DNA of 64,000 bases. It comes from Oikopleura dioica (Eukaryota; Animalia; Chordata). Below are positions 11,899 through 23,781 of this stretch, in pieces. The position numbers and the translations under genes were made by a program. The notes beneath the pieces are model-generated. The model saw only the letters and a program-made list of their open reading frames with translations. It was not told the origin of the DNA and searched no databases. The stretch covers positions 8,308,001 through 8,372,000 of the forward strand of contig OU015569.1 in the NCBI GenBank assembly GCA_907165135.1. The letters run 5' to 3'. The first letter of the stretch is position 1. Each line of letters starts with the position of its first letter.

Positions 11899-13717
11899 AT
11901 GAAGATATTGTTATGCTCCTTGCTTGCAACGAGCGGAGTAGTGACCGGCTGGTTCGTGGAGAAGGAGATCACCGGATTCGCGAACCAGCCGGTTGAAATC
12001 CCGCTCACATGGGAAGAAGAAGATACTGAAGGTAAGTTTCAATACATAGGCGGGTCCTAGGGTCGCTCACGTTCAAAGGCACTTCTCACCTCGTTAACAA
12101 CGAGACCCACGGGGCCACAAGCCCCTTCCTTAAGCTTCTTACCTATCAACCCTCTTTACGAATGATCAGAAATCCCCTTTGCTAAAGTCACCCCTGAAAC
12201 AAATATGAAAGAATAAGTTGTTATCCAGGTTTAAGATTTATCGATCTGTTTATACGCAAGAAGCACCAATGAATCCTCGATCGTGTGTGCGGACCGAACA
12301 GACTCCAAGATTGAAGTGCCGGCAAATACCCTTCCGGCTGGCAATCACAAAATGATCCTGTTAGAAAGATCACAGACCGCCTCGGACCAGCTCATGCCAG
12401 TTCCCAACGAAAATTCCCAAGATGCCTCATTTTCTCAACAGTTCATTCTCAGACTAAATCGAAATTACAGTCTATTCATTGTCGATCAAAGTATTGGTTG
12501 GCTTTACTTCTTTTTGTGGTCGGTGTCCTTCTACCCGCAAGTAATCATGAATTTCCGTCGAAAGAGCGTCGTTGGCTTTGGATTCGATTATTTGGGCTAT
12601 GACTACGTCGGCTTTGCTGCTTTCTCGCTTTACAACTGTCTCTTGTTCTGGAGTCCTGCTGTGTTTAATCTTTATTTGGACAATTATCCTGGTGCAAGCA
12701 ACCCTATCCAACTAAACGATGTGCTTTTCTGTCTTCACGCTGTGCTCATACAAGTGAGTAGCAAACAACTCATATAGCGGATCTTATTCTCGTTTAGACA
12801 GTGAATCTTTATCAATGCCTTACCTACGAACGTGGAGGACAATCATTATCAAAAGTCTGTGTTTCTATCCTTGTGCTCGTCGGAGTTGTTACAACTGCGC
12901 TAGTGATCGTAGCTCATCTGGGTTTGTCCGAAAATATCGGCTGGTTTCAAATTCTGCTCATGGGCAGCTATATCAAAGTTGGAAGTAGTGTTATCAAGTA
13001 CATTCCTCAAGTACTGCTCAACTACAAGCGTAAATGCACTCTGGGCTATGCGATCGACATGGGTAACAATATTTTTGATAACAAGAAGGTGATTGCCATT
13101 TCAGCTATTCTCGATCTGAGTGGAGGAACTGCTTGCTATCTTCAAGTCATCGTTCAATCCGTCAATGCTAATGGTCTGTTCAAGTCATTTTATTACGTTT
13201 TTCATGATCTTATAGATATGACAATCATAACTGGCAACTCTGGTAAATTGGGAATCGGGCTGGTGTCTGTCTTTTTCGACATCATTTTACTGACTCAGGC
13301 ATCGTTTTCACTGCTGAAAAGCAATATGCCGCTGAAGTAGCTCAAAATAATGTTGCAAGTTGAAAACAGTGAAAGCATTTCTGCTTGTATGGAAAGAACA
13401 ATGAACAAAAACTGCTAGAGCTGGAGAAAGAAGTTGACGAGGAAAAATCACCCTTTGTTTCTCAGCGATTGGGATCATTCTTGGGATCTCGCGTTGGCTT
13501 TTCTCCAACCACCTCTGCAGTTCTTTACCACGGCGGCCGCGGCGATCTTCTCGCTTCCACAGCCTCCTTCCGAGATGTTTTCAATTCTAAAATGGACGTT
13601 CAACAAGAAGAAGTGAGCTTTAAATCCAAAGAATATCAAAATCAAGTTCTAGGTTTGGGCAAATGTAATGGAGTCTGTGACAGGCTCAAGGCCTGGATTC
13701 GGATTGGATTCAAGTGA
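11899..13717 (+). CDS. CTNS: Cystinosin (lysosomal cystine transporter, PQ-loop family)
   Basis: IGWLYFFLWSVSFYPQVIMNFRRKSVVGFGFDY; PIQLNDVLFCLHAV; IKYIPQVLLNYKRKCT; GKLGIGLVSVFFDIILLTQ|HFCLY. Signal peptide from 11899. Confidence 0.92.
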
Positions 13718-14394
13718 AGGGTTTCAACGCAGCTCTAAGTGAATTTCTGATTCAACTATTTGACTGAAAACTCGTGTTGAAATCTAAACAGACAAAACAT
13801 TGTGAATCAACGCGTCTAGAATACTTGAGAAAGAAAGGATAATGCTGCTAAAACATACTCGTCTGCTACCGTTTGTTATTATTCACTTGTGTACATCTGT
13901 TCCATACTTCTAGTGAATATAAATCCTTCGAAGAGTTTACATTGTAAACTTTACATAGAAGTGGATTATCTTCTTTTTCTGGTGGATAATTTTAGCAATA
14001 TCGAGCGATTGAGCAGTCTGACTCAGATATTTTCCCTCAGTGGAAGCATTCGTGGGGCATTTTCGGATTTTGTTCCCAGCAGCGAAGTTGCACTCCCGCC
14101 GCCGTGTTTGGCGCGTTTTTGAGCCGCTCCGAGCCGAAAAAGGGCGCAAGTCGAGGCGATTGGGTTCGAAACCTTGCGCGTGGGCGCGTTCTGGCGGCGC
14201 TATTGGTTTTCCCCACCCCCGGGGCCACTCGGAGTGCTCGGCACGAATTTCGAAAAAAACTAGCTCATCTCATCGGCCATAACGGCCAATTGCTTCTTTA
14301 TTTGCCACTCTTGAACTTCAGACTTGGCGCTTCAAAATACGAAAAGAAAAACAATAAACAAACAAAAAGAGTAGCGAAAACCTAAAACGAAAAA

Positions 14395-15721
14395 ATGGGT
14401 GCGACGAAACGAGGACGTAGCGCAGCGGGAACGAAGCGAAAAGCTGTCGAACCAACGCGAAAATCGGATAGAGCGAAGCGAAGGTAAAACTTTAGACTAA
14501 CAGCAAACGTCCTAAAGTGTCCACCTAGCTACGTACCACGAGATGATGATGGAGTCATTGTCCAAGTGCTGGGATCGAAGAAGATCAACGGAGTTGAGCA
14601 TTTCCAAGTCAAGTGGTCGGACGATGTTCGACCAAAATCCTGGGAGCCAGCAAAGAATGTTCTCAAAGTAGCAAAATCGCTGGTGGACGACTATCAAGCA
14701 AATGAGCCTGCTAGTGACCAGAAACCAGCGCAGAAAAAGTCAAAGGCAGCGCCTAAGCGCGGACAGTCTGCAAAGAGAACCAAAAAATCATCCGCTGACT
14801 CTGAAAGCAATACTGTTGTTGGTCGATCGATCAAAGACGGACGGGTAGAGTACAAGTTCAAGAAATCAGGAAAGACAAAGACAATCCCTCTTCACAGTAA
14901 GTCCTGCGAAATTCTCACCGATTGACCGATCTTAAAAGAACTCGACGAAGAAGAACTCGAGGCTGTCCAGAAGTACGAACGTAAAATCAAGAAGGGTGAT
15001 TTCCCAGAGGAACTTTCGACGGAAGGCGCAAGCAGTGCTGGCCCGAAAGTCTTCAATGTCGAGGTTAATTGTTTCTGATAAACCCGCTTGCTGAATGTTA
15101 ATTTTAGAAAATTCTTGACCGAAAAGGAAGTGGCAAGAATCGAAGATACTTGATCAAATGGGAAGGCTACAATAGGTAACTTTCACTCGAATCGCTGATA
15201 AGTAGCTTGTCTTTTCCCAGCCACCATAACACGTGGGAACCGATCACTAACATCGAGCCAGCGAGGAAAATGGCCAAGGCGTTTGACAAAAAACAAGACG
15301 CGCTGGACGAAGAAGAGGCTACAAAAGATTTCGAAGTGGAGAAAATCGTCGAGGAAAAAATTCGTCGCAACAAACCGTGCTTTTTGGTCAAATGGAAAGG
15401 ATTCAACAGAGAGTATGTTTTGGCCGAATGTTGGAAGAACCACTTTAATTAATTATTTTTAGCTACAATACATGGCAATCAGCCGATAGTCTTGCAGACT
15501 GCTCTGAGATTCTCGCCGCCTGGGAAAGCGTGAAACAGAAGAGATTAGAATCACAGCGTCAAGCTCGTGAGAGAAGAGAGAAGAGAAAGGAAGAAAGAAA
15601 GGTCCAGCAAGCAAAGGAGAAAGCTGAAGCTGCCGAAAAGGCTGCGAAGGAATCCGCCGCGTCATCAGGAAAAGAATCAGCTCCAGAGAAGAAGCCCGAA
15701 GATGCTGCAAAGGAGAAGTAG
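14395..15721 (+). CDS. Multi-chromodomain nuclear protein (3 recognisable chromodomains + 1 degenerate)
   Basis: FQVKWSDDVRPKSWEP; FNVE|KILDRKGSGKNRRYLIKWEGYN|SHHNTWEP; FEVEKIVEEKIRRNKPCFLVKWKGFN...YNTWQSADSL; degenerate NTVVGRSIKDGRVEY. Basic N-terminus and Lys/Glu-rich tail. Confidence 0.85.
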
Positions 15722-16535
15722 AGCCAATGGCTCTTCATTTTTCATTTTGAGCATATTTTCTTTGACCTTTCTTGTTCATCCTTGACGTTGAATCCGGACA
15801 GAAACGACAGGACTTCCCAATTCCAGCGAAGCCTGAATTTTAATCGAAAGGTTAAAGTCGTTTTTAACGAAATTCATTTTTATTGTACAAATGTGAATAC
15901 GTCACGGACCTAGTACTAATCCTAAAATCCCCTTTACATGACTCGCTGTTTTCTCCTTCCGCATAGACCCCTGATGTATTAAAATTCGCTTACCATTTTA
16001 TTCACGAAATCTTCCGACTAGTATTGATATAAGCGGCTTTTTAAGTCAAACGGAGGCGAAAACTACCAGTTTTCCTTGCAGATACTTTATTTTTCTTGCG
16101 CTTTCAGGTTGACAATGGGTCTTAAATACTGGAAGACAACAGAAAAATAATTTATCCATCAGCAAATCAATTTTTCTGCACAAAAACTACGAAAAAATGC
16201 CCTACTGATTGTAGTCATTCGCCGATTTATGCTGCATCAATTATGTTGATCATCGATCATTCTATTTCCTGTTTCTACAGATATGTATTTACTGTATCTC
16301 ACTGCTTGATACTTTTCTTTGGTTTTCAAGAGTACTGCCGGTCGGCTAGGTGCAGTTTTCTATATAAGCAAACGACCCATTTCTTTGACGCACCTAGTCA
16401 ACTTACTCGATCTTACTATATAAATAAAAACGCAATTTCAAACTCTGTTGTTTTTATTTAGGTCTTTCAATATTCACAGATTTTTGAGCAGGGTTGGCAG
16501 TACAAGTATTTTTTAGTCTAGTTTCTTCCTTGATT

Positions 16536-17804
16536 TCATGAGCTCGGGGAGATGTTTAGCCGTCGCATTTGCTCATACAGTCGCGCTTAAATTTTAGAAG
16601 TGAGTCTATAAAAAGCTGATAAGTTTACCTCTTGCGTGGTTGTAAAGATCATATTCTAGTTTTAAGGCAGTTTCATTCGCAAGATACTCCCTTGCAGCGT
16701 CAGTCATTTGTTTTTTGTTGACGGTATAAGTGTCGTTCCGAATTTGCGAGAGGTGATTCACTGCGCCAGCGAAAAAATCCGGCAAAACTTTTTCGAATAC
16801 ACCTAGAGAACCTTTCAGCTCTTCTAAAATCCCGACAACCACGTATTTTGAGTCAATATTTTGTTTGGCCTGCTGGACGGAGGACTCGTGTCGCTGAAGA
16901 CAGCTTCTATCGTTTCCACAACTATCAATCAAGTCACAACTATTTTTCGTCGCACAAAAATGAAAAATGAGAAAAGTTGGGACTCTTTCATATATGGTAC
17001 TGTGTGCCAGATGGGTTCTGTACATTCCCTTCGTCTCCCCGTAATGCAGTCGTCGATGCTTTCGTTGAGAATGTTGGACGGAACTTGTTGCTTAGATCTT
17101 CCAGCATCTTGCGCTCGTTTGTTTCCAAATCGCGAGAAATAATAGAAGCTAGCGAATCTATCCACAGGATCTCGAATGAGATTTATATAGACTGGTTCTG
17201 CCCATTCAAACTGGTCGAAGTCGATGAAATACTGGTGTCTTTAGAAGGCTTTATGAGTTAGCACTGACTAAAGAGGTTTTCCTCCAAGTTGATGAATAAA
17301 GAGCCCGACCTAGTGTACATGACTGGCTGATCCTTAGCATAATTCTTTAATTCATTCATAAATGACTTTTGCTGTGATATTGTTCTGTCCGGCGTTTCAC
17401 CAGCTTCGAAGACTGCTTTTGAAAGAAATCCATTTTTACGTGAGAGCTGATTTACGAGCATTGACATCGTTTGACTTCCACATTTGGGAACACGGTTGTA
17501 AACCACAACTCTGGGGTGGATCGCGTCTGATGTTACATTGAGATCGCTTCTATGAACGAACTTGCTGTCAGCTTCTTTGTGGTCATTCTTGCCGTGCGAC
17601 TTTAACAGAGTTTTATAAATAATTTGAAATCAAGCAAAATAGACGAAGATAGAAAGTGATCTTGCTGACCCTGCTCTTTTCTCTTACAGCATTGCTTTCA
17701 CTTTCTTCTATATCAGAATCATCAAGCATAACATGAACCAGGAAGATTAATAAGAGAACGAGGAATATCTCTTTTCGGCGATGTAGAACTGAGCGAAAAC
17801 ACAT
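16536..17804 (-). CDS. Uronyl/heparan 2-O-sulfotransferase family (UST-like), type II Golgi protein
   Basis: N-terminal TM (IFLVLLLIFLVHVML); PAPS loop VYNRVPKCGSQT; RISNEIYIDWFCP; YIPFFCG-like TVPYMKES; AKQNIDSKYVVVGILEEL; C-terminus LYNHAR|ARLYEQMRRLNISPSS*. CG in the PAPS loop is closer to UST than to HS2ST1. Confidence 0.85.
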
Positions 17805-18148
17805 TCTCTTGCCCGATCAAGTCACTCGACGTTTTTCCCAACTAGAATTAAGTCTTGCCGGAAAAGCCGATAAACCTCGTCGCAGCGGTTGAAACTTGAC
17901 GTGAACAGCCCCAGGGCGTAATTGACCTAGTGATGTCAACTCGATCCCATTACTTCAAATGGTATTTATGTACCTCTCAAGAAGCTACGACATTGATTAT
18001 TGGCTACGCAATATTGGTAATTCGAAAGCATACAACTACACGTGCCCTGCGACTAAACAACACAACAAAAATGCATAATAATTTCTGAGATTTATTAAAA
18101 ACGTTTTGTGAGAAGTGAAACGCGTGAGATGATCGAAATAGGAGTCTT

Positions 18149-18585
18149 CTAGCAGTCCTCCATATTGGCAAGCGACGACTTAATTTCAGTGTTATCGACT
18201 TCGAATCTACTCTTTTTTGCGCTTACCGTATTGCTGAGTCGCTTTTTAGTTTTACCAGCAGCCTCACGAGGAGAGCCCCCTTCTTCGAAGGTAGCTTTGT
18301 GAACAGGGACTTGCTTTGCTGCGTCATTTTTCTTCATTAGAGGGTTGCCTTTCGCTCCTTTTTGGAGCGTGTAGTCAGCTGAGTCGAAGTATTGTCGACC
18401 GCCGCCCTAAAAGAATTTCCAAATTTTTACCATTTTATTATCGTCTAACTCACCTGGAGTTTCTTCATAAGCATCCCCGGGCCTTTCCTCTTTTCGAGAT
18501 TCCCGTACATAGATCTCAGCTTGGACTCTTGCTTCTCCAATTCATTTCTCTCCGCAAGTGGCTTTGGATTGCCTTCACTACTCAT
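18149..18585 (-). CDS. ENSA: Endosulfine (ENSA/ARPP19 family) PP2A-B55 inhibitor
   Basis: MSSEGNPK...EKQESKLRSMYGNLEKRKGPGMLMKKLQ|GGRQYFDSADY...; one GT-AG intron. Confidence 0.85.
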
Positions 18586-19036
18586 GTTTTTCAATTCAAC
18601 TACTCAAAAATCGAGCTTTTTGCACTGAAACTGCAAAACTGGTTTATTGTTGCAGAGATGCGTTTTAAAATTGCGTTGGATTAGGCGCCATCATTCTCAC
18701 AAATCAAGATAAAGTCGAGAAAACCGTTTCTACGAACCCGTTTCAGGTTCATTGGAAAATTACCGACAATTTATGTCTGATCACCATGCAAGCCTGCATT
18801 AGTTATAGAAGCGAATTTCAAGTAGAAAAGTGGTGTAAACACTTTGAATCTTCATTTTCAGGGGCTTAGAGTGTTGTATTAGTTAACAGATGAGCAAGAG
18901 AGGAGTGACATCGAAAGTTAAAGATCAATGTAATAAATAGATTTTTGAACGTTTTCAGGGGCTTTGTAGAAGAGTTGCAGAGCTTATTTTATTTCTTGCG
19001 CGCAACACTTGTTTGACTACGATTTCGTTGAATAAC

Positions 19037-19831
19037 CTAGTGGTCGTGGCTGGAAGCGGGAGCAGCAAGAGCTTGGATGACAGTTTATTAATAGTGATAC
19101 TTAATCGAATCCACCTTTTCTGTTAGCCCAGATAGCGGCTCGCTTAGCTCGGTATTCAGCTCGGACAGGCTTGGATTCTCGGTTGAGGACGGTCCACTTA
19201 TCAAAGTAGTACATGAGTCCGGAAAGACCGAGAGTTCCGGCCTTGGTGAAGGAGTTGACGTCAACGTAGAAGTTGGAGAGGTAGGAACCTAGAGACGAGA
19301 ATAAGTATTTTCAAAATTTGATAAATTATGAATGAAATCGATGTGGGGCTTACCAGGCATGCCAGAGGTGGTAGTAACGGTGACAGAAGTTCCTTCGGGG
19401 AGGTTGTCGGCTTCGGGGTCACCCAACTTCTTTCGCATACCAAGTCGGATGAAGAACCATGGGACGGAGATAAGGAGACCAGCCCAGAGAATGAACTATT
19501 TCTAGCTTTATCGAGTGTAAAAGAAACGAGTTTACCTTGAACTCGGCGTAAAGAGTGAAAAAAATGTTCACTCGGGAGTTGACGCCAAGTCCGGCTCCGA
19601 CGGGGATGGTGGAGATCTGACCATCGTCCTCGCATTTGAGCGAAGTGGCGGAGTGGCCCTGAAGAAGATTTATTGGTCTCTGACTACAGGGACAGCAGTA
19701 TTCGAAATATTGCTGGTACTTACACCATCGGGGTAGTTCCAGTCGTTGAAGTAAGCATCTCGGGCGGGCTTACCTCCCAAAACCTTGGGGGTGCAGGAAA
19801 GGAAACGGATGGGTCGGGCCAGACGATTCAT
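19037..19831 (-). CDS. Unidentified single-pass protein with a mitochondrial-type presequence (about 200 aa)
   Basis: MNRLARPIRFLSCTPKV...YPDG|GHSATSLK...LYAEFK|LWAGLLISVPWFFIRLGMRKK...MP|GSYLSNFY...WANRK|ALAAPASSHDH*; four GT-AG introns; Arg-rich, acid-free N-terminus. Confidence 0.55.
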
Positions 19832-20195
19832 ACTAAAGAGATGAAGAGGAAAGAACAATAGGGAAACGACTTTTTGTCACAGATATGAAATCAGTTGAGA
19901 AGTTTTAAGAACTGAAGAATGAGACACTTCCCAGGACGAATTAGTGCGAAATCATTGAACTCGATATTAAATAATAAGAATATACAACAGTTGATTAAAC
20001 GTCTGATTATCTTTGGGAGAGTCGAATTAAAATCAAATATGATTTTCTTCCTTTTAGAAAATGTGTTTAATTTGAAAAAATTAAACAAGGAAATCAAGAT
20101 CGGCGCTATTTGAAGATCAGCAGAAATCGGTTTTAGAATCATCGGAATTTTAAAGCTAGAACGAATTGTTTTGAATTGAAGTTTCTCCGGCGGAT

Positions 20196-20684
20196 CTAGG
20201 CCCTTTCACTTGGCAGATTGAAGGTAAAAAAGGCGCCAGCAGCGACAGTAACAGCGCCTGGAAAAACTTTTACTTTTTATCTATTTAGAACGTATTTACC
20301 GATAAGCCAGCTGATTGGAAGGGAGCCGCCAGTCTTTTCTTTGTCCGTGTAAACGTACTGGTTGGTGTAGGACTTGTGATCTTCCTGGCGCAAATCGCCG
20401 ACGAGATAGTCTTGGAGCAGCTCCCGCGCGTCTGCCGAATGGCCGACGTCTTCGAAACCCTCGGTCGCATCGACGCCTGCGCACTCGAGTAGGATCTCTT
20501 CGCCGCCGGGATGCTCGGACAGAAACTTGGTCACGTCATAGACCTTTGATCAGTGTTTAACTTTCGCCTTGTTAATTTCTCAGTTAATTAGTCATCAGTT
20601 GTTAACCTTGTTATGGATAACCATCCAGCAGTCCTTGCCAGTGTTGTGCTTGCCGACTTCTTCAAGAGAAAACACCTTCGACAT
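20196..20684 (-). CDS. CYB5: Cytochrome b5, tail-anchored
   Basis: [26 protein letters not shown]|[43 protein letters not shown], followed by a C-terminal hydrophobic anchor. Confidence 0.95.
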
Positions 20685-21370
20685 TTTTTTTTCTGAATCG
20701 GGAAAGAAATTGATTATCTTAGTTTTTCACCCTTGGAGCGTTATTGGAGCAGACTTTTGATAATACAGAAAATATGAAGTAAGCGTGAAGAATATTTTTG
20801 ATATAAGTTTTCTAAATGCCACTTTGAGTATTTAGACAGAGTCATATTTCGAAAATTGAAAATATAGACGGATCAATAAAAAAGATGAACAACAACTTTT
20901 TTTTGCGTTACGTAACGAGCCTAATGAAGCCTTTTAACGAGGAAAAACTGCTGCATCATAAAATGAAACTGAGTAATCAGCAATGAACGGATTTACCTGC
21001 GGATAGAACGCTAACCCGGCGGGGTGGAATTTCTAGTGCTTTCTCTCTCTCGCTCAGGGCGCCTTGATTGGGCGCGCATTATTTGCCTCGCAACTCGACC
21101 CGGGCTAGCGTTTGCGCCGCATCGTTCATCGCGCGTAAACGCAAGTAAGAGCACATTTCAGGACTCTCGATACTTTTTGACTCTTACGCAAGTGAAGACG
21201 GAGCTTTTCTTTTGTCAAAAACGTGACCTCTTTTGATTGGGCAATTTAAAATTAAAGATTTTTCCTTAAAAAATCGTGAATAACAGAAAATAGAAGACAG
21301 AAAATAAAAAAAAAGAATGATCGCGTGGACATATCAAGAATTAGCATATATAAGGTAAATAGAAAAACAT

Positions 21371-22567
21371 CTATTTGACGAGGTTGAGGGAATGGAGTCG
21401 GTCTTTTGTTTCCCAGCCGGCGTAGCCCAAACTCGAAAGTTGCTTTTTGATGCGCGAAAGTTTGCTATCTACTTCGTTTTCAACAATAGGAATTTCGAAG
21501 CGATTTTTCAGTTCGAAGTCAACCGGGCTCAGTGATGGCAGATTGAACACTTCTGCCGGGCGGGAGATGATGTCTTCCAAGCGCAGAAGCGTACACTTGC
21601 CCGAGTAGGTTTTCGCGATTTCGGTGCACTGCGGAATCAGGTTCTCGAGCATCTAAACCGAAACCATTCTATTTCGATTCTTTTACAAATTACGACTCAC
21701 AAGAACATATTCACTGATTGCATCCATGTAGTGGTCCGAGGTAGGCAGTGTATGGCGTTCGTTGACGACTTCGAGTGCCCACTGTCGCGGGTTTTGAACG
21801 ATAAGTCCTATCTGTGCCGTTGGCGTCATGTTAAAAGCTTTCTCCGCGACTTCGAGAAGCTCTTTCTCGACTGTCCTAAAATCAAAACTAGCCACTGTAG
21901 AAATAGCGACTCTTACTTTTCAAGCGCTTGCTTTGTCGAGCGTTTCCCAGTCGTTCCAATTTTCACGGCGCTAGGAGAGTCTACGTCGTTCTTCGCTCTG
22001 GTGTAGCTTCTGAACTGCTCTCGAAGCAGTGGCATGATGTACAGTTCTCCGCCATACGCTTGCTGTGCGCTTTTGATCGGAACTGATCCAAACAGGGATC
22101 CTCTAATAACGTCCCTCATCATTTCCTAAAGAGTTTTTAGTCTGTTGATTTGTTTTCACCGAGATTTTTACCATTCCACAACCAGCTTGATCTAATCTAG
22201 GCGCTTCTTTTGGCGATCTGTACCAATCAGACGCCTTTTTGAAGAAGTACTCGGAAGCAACTCGGAATCCATCTGAGCCAAACGAAAACTCCTCCGATTC
22301 TTCAAATAACTTTTCCAAAATGTCGTTTTGCCTCTCAAGTGTAGGGGCGAATAAAGTTATTGGTGATGTTGTCGCTTTACTAGGGATAGCTTATTTTTAT
22401 GTAAAAGTCATTCAATCGACGAACGGTAGAAAGGGCTGAGAGTCGAGTTCAAGTTGTTCGAGTGTTTTAGAGCAGAATCTGTCCGAATAGCCAAAGTAGA
22501 ATGAGGTAAGGACTGAACTCAGCCAAAACAACTGATAGCTGTTTAGACGAAATCGAGCCACAGACAT
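21371..22567 (-). CDS. Type II membrane protein with a degenerate sulfotransferase-like fold (TPST-like)
   Basis: Signal anchor MSVARFRLNSYQLFWLSSVLTSFYFGY; PITLFAPTLERQNDILEKLF (position of the PAPS loop); IGLIVQNPRQWAL; LLRLEDIISRP; IKKQLSSLGY. These resemble the TPST segments FLLMVRDGR, VHYEQLVLHP and MLAKLGY. Confidence 0.45.
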
Positions 22568-22727
22568 ATCTTAAAAATGCTAATCAGAGAAGAGTAAGAG
22601 TAAGAAGAATAAGAAAAATATTTTTATGAAGTAGAAAATAGAGCAAATAAAAGATGTTGAGGGTTGGGTTTCTTATCGGCGTTCGGCGAGGTTCAATTTT
22701 GAAATGTCGAAGGGATCTGCTCGAGTA

Positions 22728-23704
22728 TTAAACTTGAAACTCTGTCCAGATTTTATCTAAAAAGCATTTGTATAAGGCGAGTCTGTTGACTGTAACCTTG
22801 TAAACGTCCACGGCATCCGCTGGATTCAAATGCGACCTCAGATCTAATTTGTTTCTGCTTGAGGAAGTCTTCTTATGCTGGCCGACTTGTCTGTGTCCTT
22901 TGACGCAGTGCTCCCACAAGCATAAAGAGTCTTCTGTGCTCACCGGAGTATTTTGGAGCTCTCTTTTATACTCAGGCAAAAGTGCTCTCGACTGAAATGA
23001 TAAAATCTTCAACGAAGGAAAAGATGAATTTACTTACAGGAACAGAGATCCGCACATAATTCGTCGATAATTCCTTCGTCCCTGGTCCTGACTGAGACGC
23101 ATTTTCAGGAAAAAGTGGCACTGGAAAAAGACGCTAGGGAATAACAAAGATTACGAACGCCTGATAATTTTCATTTACGTGATTGACAGTGTAATCCTTG
23201 ATGCGATCGTCTTTCAAATCGTACGGATTGGGCGAAGACGGGCGAAATATGCCTTCAGTTTTTTTCGAGACAACTTCATGACCCTCACTTTTTTCAGACT
23301 CAAATGATTCGTCGCCGCTTTCAAGCAGTAAAAAGTTTTCGGTTTCTTTCTCAAACGAGGCGAGGCACTCTTCTTTATTCTGTCTTCGGAAGTCTGCCGC
23401 GGAAGCAACAGCATCATCTGTCAAGTTATATCTTCTCGTGTACTCTAGATGCTGCTCAATCCAGTTTCGCTCGACAAGCGGTTCCCTACAACTGCTCGTT
23501 GCAAAGAAAGCGTTTCTTTGATGACTACCTTGGGCTTGGAACTCGGTCCAAATTCAGACTTTCGAAAGAATCAAATTTTAGAGTCGACAAGTGCTTCTTC
23601 TTTTCGAGCTCCTCAGAGACTGATCCATCTCCGATAAGCCCTATTTGAATTCTTTGTTGCTCGGCATGCAATGTCTCCTTAAATTTGGCCCGATCCCGAG
23701 ACAT
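22728..23704 (-). CDS. Hypothetical protein (about 4 exons, not recognised)
   Basis: Open frames 23704-23530, about 23545-23150 and 23012-22728 with codon-like composition. The first junction was not resolved. Confidence 0.45.
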
Positions 23705-23781
23705 TCTTTAAAGAAAATTACTGAATTTTGAAGAATACACGTTTATCAATTGTAAATGAGTGCTGAGAGTCAAGGGCTAGG

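Noticed and set aside
14100-14200. GGTTCGAAACC in a GC-rich block, possible tRNA or SINE
   Set aside because: The T-stem is incomplete and there is no acceptor or anticodon stem. It is more simply the promoter region of the chromodomain gene; an isolated TFIIIC site cannot be excluded.
19037-19831. Assignment of this gene as COX6A, NDUFB5, NDUFB6 or NDUFB8
   Set aside because: Only short, unconvincing resemblances; the gene at 27081-27971 fits NDUFB5 much better.
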